DNA from: Adineta vaga
Lineage: Eukaryota; Animalia; Rotifera
DNA length: 64,000 nucleotides
Reading direction: 5' to 3'
Assembly: GCA_021613535.1 (NCBI GenBank)
Contig: CP075497.1
Location: 12,214,001-12,278,000, forward strand
In this document: piece by piece, positions 32,098 through 44,181 of the stretch
How the letters are laid out: each line of letters begins with the position of its first letter
How positions within the stretch are numbered: the first letter of the stretch is position 1
Program-made: the position numbers and the translations under genes
Notes under the pieces: model-generated
What the model was told of the DNA's origin: nothing
The model's database searches: none
What the model saw: only the letters and a program-made list of their open reading frames with translations

Positions 32098-34755
32098 TTA
32101 TTCAACAATAACAAGATATGGACTACCAGGAACATGTTGCATACTTGAACCATAAAGAATAACTAACATATATTGACCACGTGTTCGAACACGATAAGAT
32201 ACTTTATACACAACTCCAGGTGATGATGGTATGATTCGTTTGATAACAAGACGTTCAGCTGGTCCAAGAGATGAATAAAGACCAACTAATAATAAACCAG
32301 GACCTAAATAATCTCATAGAAAAGATCGTTTCTTAGATTATTTCAAACCTGCTTGACTAGCATCAATTTTAAATGTTGCTTTTCGTCGTAGTTTTGCTTC
32401 ATAAAGACCAGTTCCAAAAACACATACTTGTGATGCATCACCTGTCATCGACGAACGAAGAATATCAAGATCAACATGATTCGTTGATGTTGATGATGTA
32501 TGGCCAGGATTTAAAATCGTTTGAATAGGTAACAATGAATTACAGCTTGATGTTACTTGTGTTGTTGAACCTGCTGTTGTTTCATTGCCAATATCATTTT
32601 CTGTTTCATACATTGTCGATAGAAATGTTCGACTTTCATTGAGTTTATCTACAAGAAAAACAATTATTCATACAGTTTTTTTTCTGAAAATAAAGAAAAC
32701 TTACTGTAAACTCGACATATGAATGGACTGCCTTGAATGTGTTTTCCACCATTTTTAATTGTAATAAGGTATTTTCCACATCGCATTGGTTTATAATGGA
32801 ACTAAATTCGAAGAAAATCTAGTAGATGATCAATTGAATATATCGAATTAGTAGTTACTTCATAGCCATGTTCTGTTTCATTAGCATCAAGAAAAACAGT
32901 TGATGGTCCACTGATACCAACAGAAAATGTGCCTGTTCCTGACGATGGACCATTTGGTGATTTTGATACAAAAAATTGACTAGATTCACCTGAATAAATT
33001 CAAATGTGTTTGCTTTGTTATTTTTTATTCTTAAGAAAATTCTTAAAAAAAAGCGCTACGAGTAGGATTTGAACCTACGCGGGAAGCTCCCATTAGATTT
33101 CTAGTCTAACGCCTTAACCACTCGGCCATCGCAGCTGTGCTTACCTGTATAGGCATGAAAGAGACCTTGTCCACTGGCTGCCATTGATTTAGATGATGAA
33201 AATGATCGTACAGTTAATCGACATGGATTATCAATAATTGGTACGTGATTAAGACTGATATTGAGCCAATGATTACCAGATGTATTTGGTATGAAATAAA
33301 TTTCATAACATTCTAAAATAGAATTCTTTCCATGTAATTTTTGTGAAAGATAAAATAACGAACCTGATTTTGCTGATTTATGAACTGTAATTGGTAAGTT
33401 GATATTTCCTTGTGGTGCTTGAATATAAGCTTGAAAGACAGCACATGGTACTTCTGGTCGAACAGTAACTATACATGAAGTATTCACCTAACACATAAAA
33501 ATAATCATTAATTAATCATAGAAAAATAGTAAAATCTAATTAAGATACATGAAATTCAATGGGTTCAATAGTGGCACGAGGTGGATCGAGAGGAGGTGGA
33601 AGAGCTGGTGGAACGACTTGTTCTTGTAAAGGTTGAGTATGTAAACGTAAATGATAAGGTGAATTACTGATATGATCACCATCATATGTTAATGAAATAT
33701 GATAGTTGCCAGGTATTTGACATGTATAAAATACTCGATAAATGTCAGTATCAACAACTTCAATTTGAATATCAGCTTTTGATGGACCATCGATTGCAAT
33801 AACAAGTTTTTGTAATTCAGCATTAGGTGCATTCAAATCGAAATGACCTACGATATAAGAAAAAGAGATTGGAAGAAATAAAATGAAAGAATAGATTGAT
33901 TCATGACAAACAAGTATCATTAATAAAACCATCTTTAAGACCAGGACCATTGGCTTCAATTGTTAATCGTTGTTCTGCACTTGTTATTGGATTATCATAA
34001 AGAAATGATGGTGGTGGTGGTGGAAAAACTTGTTGTTCTTCATCATCTCTTATGTTATTATTGTTACCTTGGTTTTCTGAACGAGATGGATGAAGAAAAG
34101 ATGATGATCGTTTTGATGTAGATGCATATAACGGTGATTCTATTCAAACATATTTTTATCGTACAAAAAAAACAAAGGATTCAGTAATAGAATTTGTCTT
34201 ACTATTCAGTTTTGGTGTTGATGGACTTTGTGCTTCTTTATCATTGGATTTAAGTAAACCTACAATATATGTGTAAGAAAAAGAATCGATACGTATGACT
34301 TACTATTAAGACGTCGTAATGGATTTGCGAAAGCAAATGATGGTCGACTATAGATTGGTTCTTTCGATGTTTGATGACGTTCATTAAAACTTGCTGTTGT
34401 TCGTTTAGACATACGTCTGTTCATTTGATTCAATGTTGATAGTTGCTGTTCATCACCTGCATCATACATTTCTTCCGTTATTTCATCTGTGGGTGATATT
34501 GGTAAATCAATATCATCAACATGTACAATATATAATAATGTTTCAATATAAACTAGTTAAAATAAATTGTGATTATTGCATAGATATTATTAAATCAAAC
34601 GTACCATTGTTTCCATCTTCTGTACTTTTACTGCTTGAACTACTACTTTTGTTACTAAGACGTTCAGTTGTTTGAAGAAATTTATTACTTGTTGTAGAAG
34701 GATCATTGTTATTCTTACGTAAAATTGATGAAACTCGACGAATCTTAGGCAACAT
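32098..34755 (-). CDS. Filamin-type Ig-repeat protein (short, no actin-binding CH domains seen)
   Basis: Multi-exon; repeats IEANGPGL, IDGPSKADI, GNYHISLTYDGDHISNSPY, GQGLFHAYTG, GKHIQGSPF, GDASQVCVFGTGL, HVPGSPY; low-complexity N-terminus from ATG at 34755. Confidence 0.85.
33054..33135 (-). tRNA. tRNA-Ser(AGA), intact, inside filamin intron 32990-33144
   Basis: Full cloverleaf, anticodon loop CT-AGA-AA, T arm GTAGG TTCAAAT CCTAC, followed by an oligo-T Pol III terminator. Confidence 0.96.
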
Positions 34756-34823
34756 GCTAACTAAAAGTCTAACGATCTAGAGAATAACAAAGGAAATAGG
34801 TCAATGAACTATGTATAGAGTAT

Positions 34824-34840
34824 AGAGAGAGAGAGAGAGA
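34824..34840. repeat. (GA)n microsatellite upstream of the filamin gene
   Basis: Direct reading. Confidence 0.85.
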
Positions 34841-36370
34841 CTTAATTTTCATTCAAGAATCTAAGAATATGTGCCGAAAATGAGATTTTCATCACGAGTG
34901 GATTGACATTTTCATCGTACTAAGTATCGAACTAATTGAAAAACTATCCCAAAATATTTATAATATACAACTCAAACTGAATTTGAATCTAAAATTTCAA
35001 AAATGTACAATTGTAAAGAGGGCGCTATTAGTCAGCAGTAAAGATAACCAGTTAATCAGTATATGTATAAACACGTAGATCAATTTTTTGATAAGAATGA
35101 GTTTTAAAACGATCGGAGTTGTCCTTTATCGAATTTGTTGGACGTTTTCTCATATGAAAGTTATGAAATAGTGACAAAATATTCATAGTTAAGAATAAAT
35201 TGCCTAAAATCAATATATAAAAGATTGTCGACAATGTGTTTTCGACGTCTAGCTGTTATCAACGAAACGTTTCCAGATCGAATAGCAAACAGAGCTTTTT
35301 AATCAAAAATGAAGATTGTAACAAAATATGTGTTCATTCTCCTCCTATCTCTTCAGAGTAAAATCATTCAAACGATTTCATACATTTGCGATTAGATGGT
35401 TCGTGTTCAGTATGTCATGTAGAATAGATAATTGAAAACGATCTCGCAAAATAATAAAATAAAAATATGTCAGTTAAATATATAGATTGAGGTGAATTTC
35501 ATTTATTTCCACGAATGCAACGAAACACCTACAGAGTACTGATTATATACCGTGTAAAACAATGAACTGCAGCATATACACCTTCATTTCAATATATATG
35601 TATACGTCGACCAGAAACCAAAAAAACGAATGTGAAAAAAATATTAATTTCTCTCTATTAATCGAACCGAAAAAGTTTGTTGCAACACGTGCTTCGATTA
35701 GAGGCGAAACCATTATTGACTCGACAAAAATGGTACTCTGTTCTGAAGGATATCTTTCATCGACGATATTCAATCGGTATGTCTCAAAGATTTTTCCTTT
35801 ATTACGTACGAAAACGAGAGAAAATATTAAAAGAAATTAAGCAGGTATGTCATAAACAATCTCTAATGACAGAGAGCCCGTCTATGTAACATATATACTT
35901 CAACATTTTTGAAGAATACTTGAATTATAGTGGCATCTGTTGTAGAAAAGAACGATATTTGTTTTTATCTTTTTCTCTTACTAAAGGGATTGACTGAAAA
36001 TCCCTCAATACCATAGAAGTAATCAGGAAAAACTAGTTAGATTTTAGAAAATAATCAGGTGCTTTTTTAAATACGTAAGTACTTCTATATAAGTTTATAT
36101 ACTCATATTCGATATGTATAAATTGGTCTATTCTCAATTTGATGATAATGGTTCACTTGTGAAAATAAGACTGAAAACTAGTTTAGCATTATCAGCATCC
36201 AAATAACCTCTATATCGACGAATTAATGAACTTATATAAACTACATCTGAACTAATTTAGCGATGATATCATCAATGCTAACTTTTGTAATTTGTGTTTT
36301 TTTTTGAAAAATTCTCTTTTTTACAAAAGCCGAATCCTATACTAATTCTTACATTTTCAGAAAACTATAA

Positions 36371-37624
36371 ATGAAGACCACCGTACTGTATCTTTTCGAC
36401 TTGTTATGCATTACTACGTTTATTTATTTATACAAGGAAATTGTAATCACTAATTGCTCTCTTCCCCATAATATAGTGATGGTAAATACATTCAAGAACA
36501 ACTACAGAAAAAGAATTAAACAGGTACTTTTGATAGGATTTATCGCTCTATGCTTCGTTGTACTCCTCTCGTATATTCTAATCTCACCACATCGGTTTTT
36601 ACAAGTTTATCACATCGTGACTAATCATGATTCGTTTTCTAAAAGCAATCATTCAATTGGCAAAGTCTTCATTGCTATTAATCTCTACCAATGTGAGTCG
36701 TTATTACGAGATGGAAGTTGGATGCGTACATTGATGAAACTTATCGATGAGCTTGGATCCAATAATATTTATCTGTCCATCTTTGAGAATAATTCGACAG
36801 ATGCAACACCTCAATTATTACAACAGTTTGAAAAACAAATCAAGTGTAAACATAAGATTGTGACAACAAAATTATATCTTAATGATGAGCAATATGCTTC
36901 TTTATACATACAGAATGGAACTCGTCGATATCTCTCTCGAATTACTTATCTTGCTATGATTCGTAATCGTGCGATAGAACCCATCTTAGATGATCAATTC
37001 AACATGTCTTCGAATGGAATTCGACGTTTTTCGAAAGTTTTATTTCTCAATGATATTTTCTTTTCTAGTCAAGATGCTGTTCGACTTCTTCAGACAAATG
37101 ATGGAGATTATGCAGCTGCTTGCGCTCTCGATTTCATTAATCCTATTAAATTTTATGATACTTTTGCCACTCGTGATGCTGCTGGCTATTCTATGGGTTT
37201 ACCATTATATCCATATTTTTCTCCTGGTCAAAGTCAATTACAAATAAGACAAAGAGATAGTCTCGTTCATGTGAAAAGTTGTTGGTCTGGTATGATCGCT
37301 TTCGATAGTGCGCCGTTCGAGAATGGATTGAAATTTCGTTCTTTACATAATGTGTCCGAGTACGATGCTTCAGAATGTTGTCTTATTCATGCAGATATCA
37401 ATCAGCCGAATCGAACTTTTATCAATCCTAAAGTTCACGTTGCTTATTCAAAGATGGTTTATATATGGCACAAAAAATTGCTTTATTTCGAATGGATTTG
37501 GTTACCCATACAGAAATTCATCACATATTTAGCTGATCTTCCACAGTATAACAAGCATCGGACATTCAGTAATGATGGCTTTTGTTGGATACGAAGAAAA
37601 ATGTTCTTCAACAAGCGTAGTTAG
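36371..37624 (+). CDS. Glycosyltransferase family 69 (CAP59/Cmt1 cryptococcal alpha-1,3-mannosyltransferase-like)
   Basis: Intronless; N-terminal TM, SIFENNSTD, RITYLAMIRNRAIEP, KVLFLNDIFF, AACALDF, FYDTFATRD..G, VKSCWSG, ASECCLIHAD, FINPKVHVAY. Confidence 0.9.
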   Translation: MKTTVLYLFDLLCITTFIYLYKEIVITNCSLPHNIVMVNTFKNNYRKRIKQVLLIGFIALCFVVLLSYILISPHRFLQVYHIVTNHDSFSKSNHSIGKVFIAINLYQCESLLRDGSWMRTLMKLIDELGSNNIYLSIFENNSTDATPQLLQQFEKQIKCKHKIVTTKLYLNDEQYASLYIQNGTRRYLSRITYLAMIRNRAIEPILDDQFNMSSNGIRRFSKVLFLNDIFFSSQDAVRLLQTNDGDYAAACALDFINPIKFYDTFATRDAAGYSMGLPLYPYFSPGQSQLQIRQRDSLVHVKSCWSGMIAFDSAPFENGLKFRSLHNVSEYDASECCLIHADINQPNRTFINPKVHVAYSKMVYIWHKKLLYFEWIWLPIQKFITYLADLPQYNKHRTFSNDGFCWIRRKMFFNKRS

Positions 37625-38082
37625 CAATAGTCTTATCAATTAATTGTAAGGCAAAACAGGAAAATATTTTTCTGTTCAATTTTTATGTCAAAAAAATAGA
37701 GCTCATTGTAACAATGTAAAGAGAAGACAAGGAAACTTTTTCGAAGTTGCTGTTGAATAGCTAAAGTGTATTTATGGCAAGATATACATGATACATACAA
37801 TGTAATAGATGTCGTTATTATCAGTCTGTATTTGATATTTTATTAGAATTATATCAAAAAACAATTTTTCCACAAAAATTTAGAAAAATATATCTCCATG
37901 TTTATTGTTTCAACATTGATTAATTGATAATAGAAAAAATCAGTTGGTGTTCAATGAGGACTATCTCCATCTCATTGACACATCCGATGGTAGGTTTGCA
38001 TGTGAGTGTGATAATTTGATCCTAGTTATTAAAAAAATAAAAATCCTTCTCATACAATATTCAAGATAATCATTTGTTTTTA

Positions 38083-39331
38083 ATGGCATCAGATGATAAT
38101 AATTGGATTGCAGATACTGTGAATGATTTTATTCATTCACCAATCTGGCGTGCACCTATTCATACTTTTATAGAAGTAAACTGTGCTAGTTTCGATTATG
38201 ATGATGACGACGACGATTCAACTGAAAACAATGAAGCATCATCATCTATCGAAGAACAAAAGAATATTTATAAAAAATATCAACGTCTTGTTGAATCTTT
38301 AATTGCTGGTCTTGGAATAGATTTAGGTTTAGATGAAAATGAATTAAAAAAAGTTTGTCAATTACCCGCACGTTTGAATGATTCAATGCTAGCTCATGAA
38401 CCTTTCGAACAATTATATTCAGCCAGAGATTTTCAATTATTTCAAAATATGATGAGAAGAAAAAATTTGATTCTTCAATTACAAGCATTAGTTAGTTTAC
38501 AAGTACATATGGGTGTATTAAAACAAGGTGATACTAGCAATGATCGTGTTATTGCACTTCTTTTACAAGCAACGTCATCATCATCACGACGTGATTCAAC
38601 ACGTCTACAAGCACAATTAGCAAAAGCTCCAGTTATAAAAGGACAACCGCAAAGAGAAGAACAAAAGCATAAATATGATGATGATGATGATGATGATGAC
38701 GATGTTGTTGTCGAACCTCAAAGAGAGCCTCCACCACCATCTTCATCTTCACGTAAAAGTAAACCAAAAGTTGAACCAAAAAAACCACCTAAAGAAGAAT
38801 ATCGTCTGCCTGATTTACGTCGAAAAGGTGCACCTGATCTGGATGCAGAATGGCATAGAGACCTTCGACGACAAGATTCAAAGGTTTATATTCTTATAAT
38901 AAATCTTCGACTGATGAAGTTCATTAGTTTTCTTTTCTCTTCAGAATGATGATGATGATTCTGTGGAAAATGATGAATCAGAAATTGAATCCACACCACC
39001 ACAAACGATCGATGCTATACCTGAAAAATTGCTTCGTCAAAAGTTACGTGATTTAACTATGAGTACAACTTCAGCATCCGATGATAAAACAACTGCCGAT
39101 ATAAAAGAACGAAAGAGGTTTCTGAAGGAACAACGTGATAAGATTGTTAATGAAAAACGTGTTGAACGCGAAAGAGAATTAGAACAACAAACACCTCCTG
39201 TTCGTCAGGCTATGGGCAATGCCAGTGAAAATAAACAAGAACAACAACAAACGCAATTATCGAACGATGAATTAAAGAAACGACGAGATATGATGGCAAA
39301 AATTAAACGTGAGGTTGTTGATAAACGATAA
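38083..39331 (+). CDS. CFAP36: CFAP36/CCDC104-like BART-domain ciliary protein
   Basis: WIAD.V..FIHSPIW..PIHTFIEVNC..FD...Y..Y..LVESL, F..F..MM.RKN..LQLQAL; coiled-coil tail; intron about 38884-38944. Confidence 0.75.
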
Positions 39332-40206
39332 CTATTCTTTTTGAAACTATTACCCTTGTTATTGTAGTTGACTACTTGAAGTTATTTTTTTTCGAAAGAT
39401 GTGCAAATCATAGAAAGTATCCTAGCATTTTTAATCTACAATAGTGTTCCAATTGTCTGTCGCAGCTTATAATTTTTATTCTTGAGTTTATTTAATGAGA
39501 TTTTCATTTGAATAAAATTGGACTGGATAGATTCAATCATTCAATAAATTTATTCCAATTGTAATAATAAGAATCTATTTGAAGAATTAAATAATATATT
39601 GATTTTGACTATAAATGACCTCTGGACAAACGAATATTTTTCTGTATCTTCATCCCGTCATGTCTCATATTTTCAAATGGAACTTTACATTTGTACGCTT
39701 GTATAATTGGAAGATAAGCACTCAGTAGTGTGCGCATCTACACTTTTTGCCATATGATACTATAAATTTCAAGTTATCAATATTCTTTGAATGTATCAAA
39801 GAAGAAAGTTCTATTTTATCATTTCTTTTTAAAGTGTGAAAGTAGTTAATCATCTTCTATTTGAATTTCATCCTGCCTCTCACTTCTTCGTTATCGAACT
39901 TACCTAGGTTTTAAGATTGTTTCATCCCAGGTAAATAAATTAACTCTTTATCATTTTCAATGTAAGGTTATCCTGCCCTATTACAAGCAAAATTAAAGTA
40001 AGGATGACTGATAGCAACTATAATGTTTTGTGAAACTATCAGTTAAAATGAAGAATAGTATATTTTAATCTAACTGATTGCGTATCTATAAGAAAGAATT
40101 CAAATGATGAGATCGAATAAAAATGCTATGAGAAAAATATTATTCTATATAAGATGGCGTCTTTAATAGTTCTTTAACAATATTTTTTATTTAGTAACAA
40201 GCTATT

Positions 40207-41334
40207 ATGTCAACAGAATCATCTTCGAGCATGATTTTTCGTATGTATTCTATGGATGACTATGAGCAACATACAACAGAAATAATCAATTTATTTCAAC
40301 GTTGCTCAACTACTAATCATAATTCAGTTATGATGGGGGATAATAGTCTATTGCCAACAACTTTTCATTGTGAATTTACCGACTACTTTCGATGCATGAA
40401 GCAGTATCCAGAATCGTACTGCTATACAATGATGTCTGCAATAGATGGTCGTGTTGTTGCCGTCATAGTTTTTAATGTAAAACTTGCATATTTTGGATCT
40501 ACTCTAATGACTGCATTATTTAGTCGTTTAATTCGTGTTGAACCTACTCTACGACGTCAAAATCTTGCAATGACAATGTTCATGCGCATATACAATGGTC
40601 GTAAAGATCGAATTCGGGATTATATACAAGGTTATACGACGATTACTAACAATGCATCACTAAATATGCAACAACGTTGGTTTGGCTCGATGCCTGACAC
40701 AGCTGCTCGATTGAATAATTATATTCTATCAACCGCAACAGATTTAAGTATGAAAAAACTACGTAAACTTAGCATCGCAGAAACAGAACGTCTTTGGATG
40801 ATTGATATAGCCGATTGGGTTCAACGTCCTGAATTGTCTGATTTACGACGTATCTTAAATATGGATGAATATGTAGGAACCTTCATTGTTGGTGATTTCA
40901 CTGCGCAAAGATACATTGCAGTAATGATATGGGAACCATCTTCAATGATCATCTCAGATGATCGCCCAGGTATTGAAAATGCGCATCGTGGGCAATTTCG
41001 ATTGGCGCTGAATTTTGTTGAATCATCTAAGTCAAGTTTGCCCATTTCTATTGATGAAAAAGAAGAATTCATCGCTACATTGTGCAATGTGACATACAAC
41101 GACAAGATTCCATTTCTGATATGCCAAATTCAAGAATCGTCAAATTTTACAACACTCATACAACACAGAGCACTGGCCATGACAACAGAAATTATGTCTC
41201 GGAAATCTCTTTCGGAACGTTTCTCGGAAGTAATGGATCAATTTGCTAATTCATTTGTCTGGCTCGATCCACGTGATTGTGCTGGTTTACTTTATTTCAA
41301 ATCTATGACTGAAAAATTACAATCACAATTATAA
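40207..41334 (+). CDS. GNAT-family N-acetyltransferase-like protein
   Basis: Intronless 375 aa; motif A-like IRVEPTLRRQNLA, motif B-like TITNNASL, C-terminal WLDPRD. Confidence 0.65.
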   Translation: MSTESSSSMIFRMYSMDDYEQHTTEIINLFQRCSTTNHNSVMMGDNSLLPTTFHCEFTDYFRCMKQYPESYCYTMMSAIDGRVVAVIVFNVKLAYFGSTLMTALFSRLIRVEPTLRRQNLAMTMFMRIYNGRKDRIRDYIQGYTTITNNASLNMQQRWFGSMPDTAARLNNYILSTATDLSMKKLRKLSIAETERLWMIDIADWVQRPELSDLRRILNMDEYVGTFIVGDFTAQRYIAVMIWEPSSMIISDDRPGIENAHRGQFRLALNFVESSKSSLPISIDEKEEFIATLCNVTYNDKIPFLICQIQESSNFTTLIQHRALAMTTEIMSRKSLSERFSEVMDQFANSFVWLDPRDCAGLLYFKSMTEKLQSQL

Positions 41335-42317
41335 GTGAACTATTTTACGCAATTGAATACCATCCATATCTCGTAATATTTGTTCCAAATTTGACAAACT
41401 ATCACCGATTAACTTTTCACTAAGAATGACATAGTAATATTTCACTACTTTCAATATTCTGGAGACCTGCACATTTCAGTGACTGTTTCTTTTTCTTTTT
41501 TGATACTACAAGAATAATATAAAGTTTACTTTCTGCCTAAATTTGTTCCGTCGGCAATATAGCTAAAACTTTGATGTGTATGCGATAACTTTTATTTTGA
41601 ATTTGAATGTGTTCCTCATATTATTATCTCGTAGACGTTTCTTTTGCGGCATATTTCGGAATGATTCTTCGTTCATAGAAACCGTATACTTAGAAATGGT
41701 CCCAAAATCTCGTAATTGAAATTTCTGCAGTAATAAGCACAGTTAACGTTGTTGACAAGCATCTAGTTCTTATTCAAATATAAATTATTTTCTTGTAGGA
41801 CTTGCTTTGATGTGAAAAAATGAAATAAAACAACGTATACATATACTCGTCATCTGTTGTTCTGAAAAGTCAGTGGAATTTTTTCTTGAGGATGCGGTTG
41901 AGTTACGGCTTTGATCTGAACAATATCCTCGCACTCACTCCTTTGCATAATAATCAGTGGTTGACTGCTTAATAGTGGAAGAAGAGAACCTATTATTATA
42001 TCTTCAAATACTTCGAAATTGAGATTGCCTAAGAAACATGTAAAAAGACTAAAACTCCAATTCCGTGAGCAAGCTAAAAACTTTTCAATCCAAAAATCAA
42101 GCAGAAATTGAAGTCTCTGAAATGCAAATGTTGTGGCTGCGTTTTTGATTTTGGCACATATAGAATCACCCAATCCTATATCTATTTCCCTACTTGAATC
42201 CACATAGATACTCTCTAATAAGAAAATCCACCATTGTGAATTATGTTAGGTCACCAAATTTATTCTGTACATAAATATACATAATACCTATTGATATTAT
42301 CATTCTTTGAAAATGTT

Positions 42318-43034
42318 CTATCGAAAAAACAACAGTGAACAAAAAAAGATAGTTGATTCATATATAAACACAAGAAAATGCAAAATGATATAAATAATAT
42401 ACCACAAATAAGAACAAAGAATACATGGTTTACAACAAATATAAAGCAAAATAATTTCTTTCCATTTATAATTATATCTTAAATTATGAATATCTACGAT
42501 TTTGTTACAATAAGAAGAAAAAGTAGAAATGCGGTTACTTATAACTACGATATTATGAAGACTGATTAAGCATAATACACTGCTTGTAACTAACAAAGTA
42601 AAACTTACAATAACATGATAACAACTACTCCAATAAATACAAATTATCATACCGATATATATAAATATAGAAACAACGATGATCTGTAATGAGAATGAAA
42701 TAAAAGGCAAAATACGACTTGTTGTTAAATCTTTATAATCGATGCACTTGTGTAAAGTATCAGATTTGTTGGATAAAACGGAACATAGACAATCATTAAA
42801 CGGAATTTCACAATAGAAAAGTAGCGAACTGTGTGTTATGTTTGACAAACGAGAATCAAGAATTGATTTTCCAATGTAACCAAAACTATCATGAAAGTGT
42901 ACATTATAAAATGCAACGGCGCAAACAGCAGAAGCAAAAAGAAATTTGCAAGCTGCATATTCCAGAATTGTATTATGACCAAGTAGTATTTTCATTCGAA
43001 TATTCTTCGTTGCCGAATCTCTATATAGATACAT
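42318..43034 (-). CDS. Hypothetical multi-pass membrane protein
   Basis: 238 aa ORF with three or four hydrophobic segments and Cys-rich loops; no family recognised. Confidence 0.4.
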   Translation of the reverse strand: MYLYRDSATKNIRMKILLGHNTILEYAACKFLFASAVCAVAFYNVHFHDSFGYIGKSILDSRLSNITHSSLLFYCEIPFNDCLCSVLSNKSDTLHKCIDYKDLTTSRILPFISFSLQIIVVSIFIYIGMIICIYWSSCYHVIVSFTLLVTSSVLCLISLHNIVVISNRISTFSSYCNKIVDIHNLRYNYKWKEIILLYICCKPCILCSYLWYIIYIILHFLVFIYESTIFFCSLLFFR

Positions 43035-44181
43035 ATGTTTGTATAGAATTTTCAGATATGACGAGAAGATGATTTAAAAGGAATTTTGTAAATAAGAGAA
43101 TATTATTTCTTATTGGTTTAGTTTAAACAGTAAATTCTCAGATGAAATTGTTTATAAACAATTTAATATTGTGTGGATTTAGAAAACAGAAAATATGTGC
43201 TAATATCACCTTATCTATAATTTTTAATATACATGGTACTAATTTCAATTACAGTTAAGATAGTTTTTCTACATATTTTATTTTCCGAACATATACTCAA
43301 CAAAGATGATGAGAACTCGAAATTTGATCATATGCTTGCAATATTTTCTGTTTAAAAAGAATAAACTTAAAATGAACAATATCTCTGGTAATAATTATAT
43401 AGACGAAATAATAGCATAACGTAACGAATAATTTTTATTATTATTCTACATTAGAATCTTTAAATTGTTCAAAAGGTTACATTTTACTTACTATTGTATT
43501 TATTTGAACAGTTTTATAAAAGAAATAATATAAAACTATGAATCTAATTGTATGAAATACCTCACTATACCTTTTCAATGGCTTCCTTGATTTCAGTTTG
43601 ATTATCTCATATAAAATATGTATGTTAGTCATTATCGAAATACATATAATTATGCTTTATCTTCAAAAGTATTGATAAAGAAATCTCAATCAATACAACT
43701 GAGAATTTATTAGAAGACTGTTACATGTGATATGAAAGTGCCGAAAATTCATCGTTGCCTTAGATGTCGACGCGTGATAAATACAGTGAAAAATTTAGTT
43801 TAAGAATTGAAAATGAAATACAGTTTTCTAGATGAAGGACATACATATTATATAAATATATATAAGATATATTCAATATATTGTGAAATATAGGAAAGAT
43901 CAAACAGGAAAGAAAGAAGAAACACATCTTTCTTATTTTTGGGTGGTAAACATGATTTTGATTAATCACAGGTCAAAATACTAGATGTCGTTATCATTTG
44001 ATTTCACATAATATTTCTATTACACAGAAAATTACTAATTTTTAATGTTTTAGATAAAGTAAGACTCATATTATTTACTTAATGTCACATATAAAACATT
44101 TTAGTGCTTTCATTATCTTATCAATACCGTCACCATCAGATAATATAAATAGTTCACATTCGTTTCTCAAGGTAGATCAGC

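Noticed and set aside
28223-33135. tRNA pair as integration-site direct repeats (att sites) or SINEs
   Set aside because: Both lie at the same position within a larger gene duplication; no integrase, SINE tail or TSD
33101-33145. ORF extension GKHSCDGRVVKALD
   Set aside because: Read-through into the intron and tRNA, not coding
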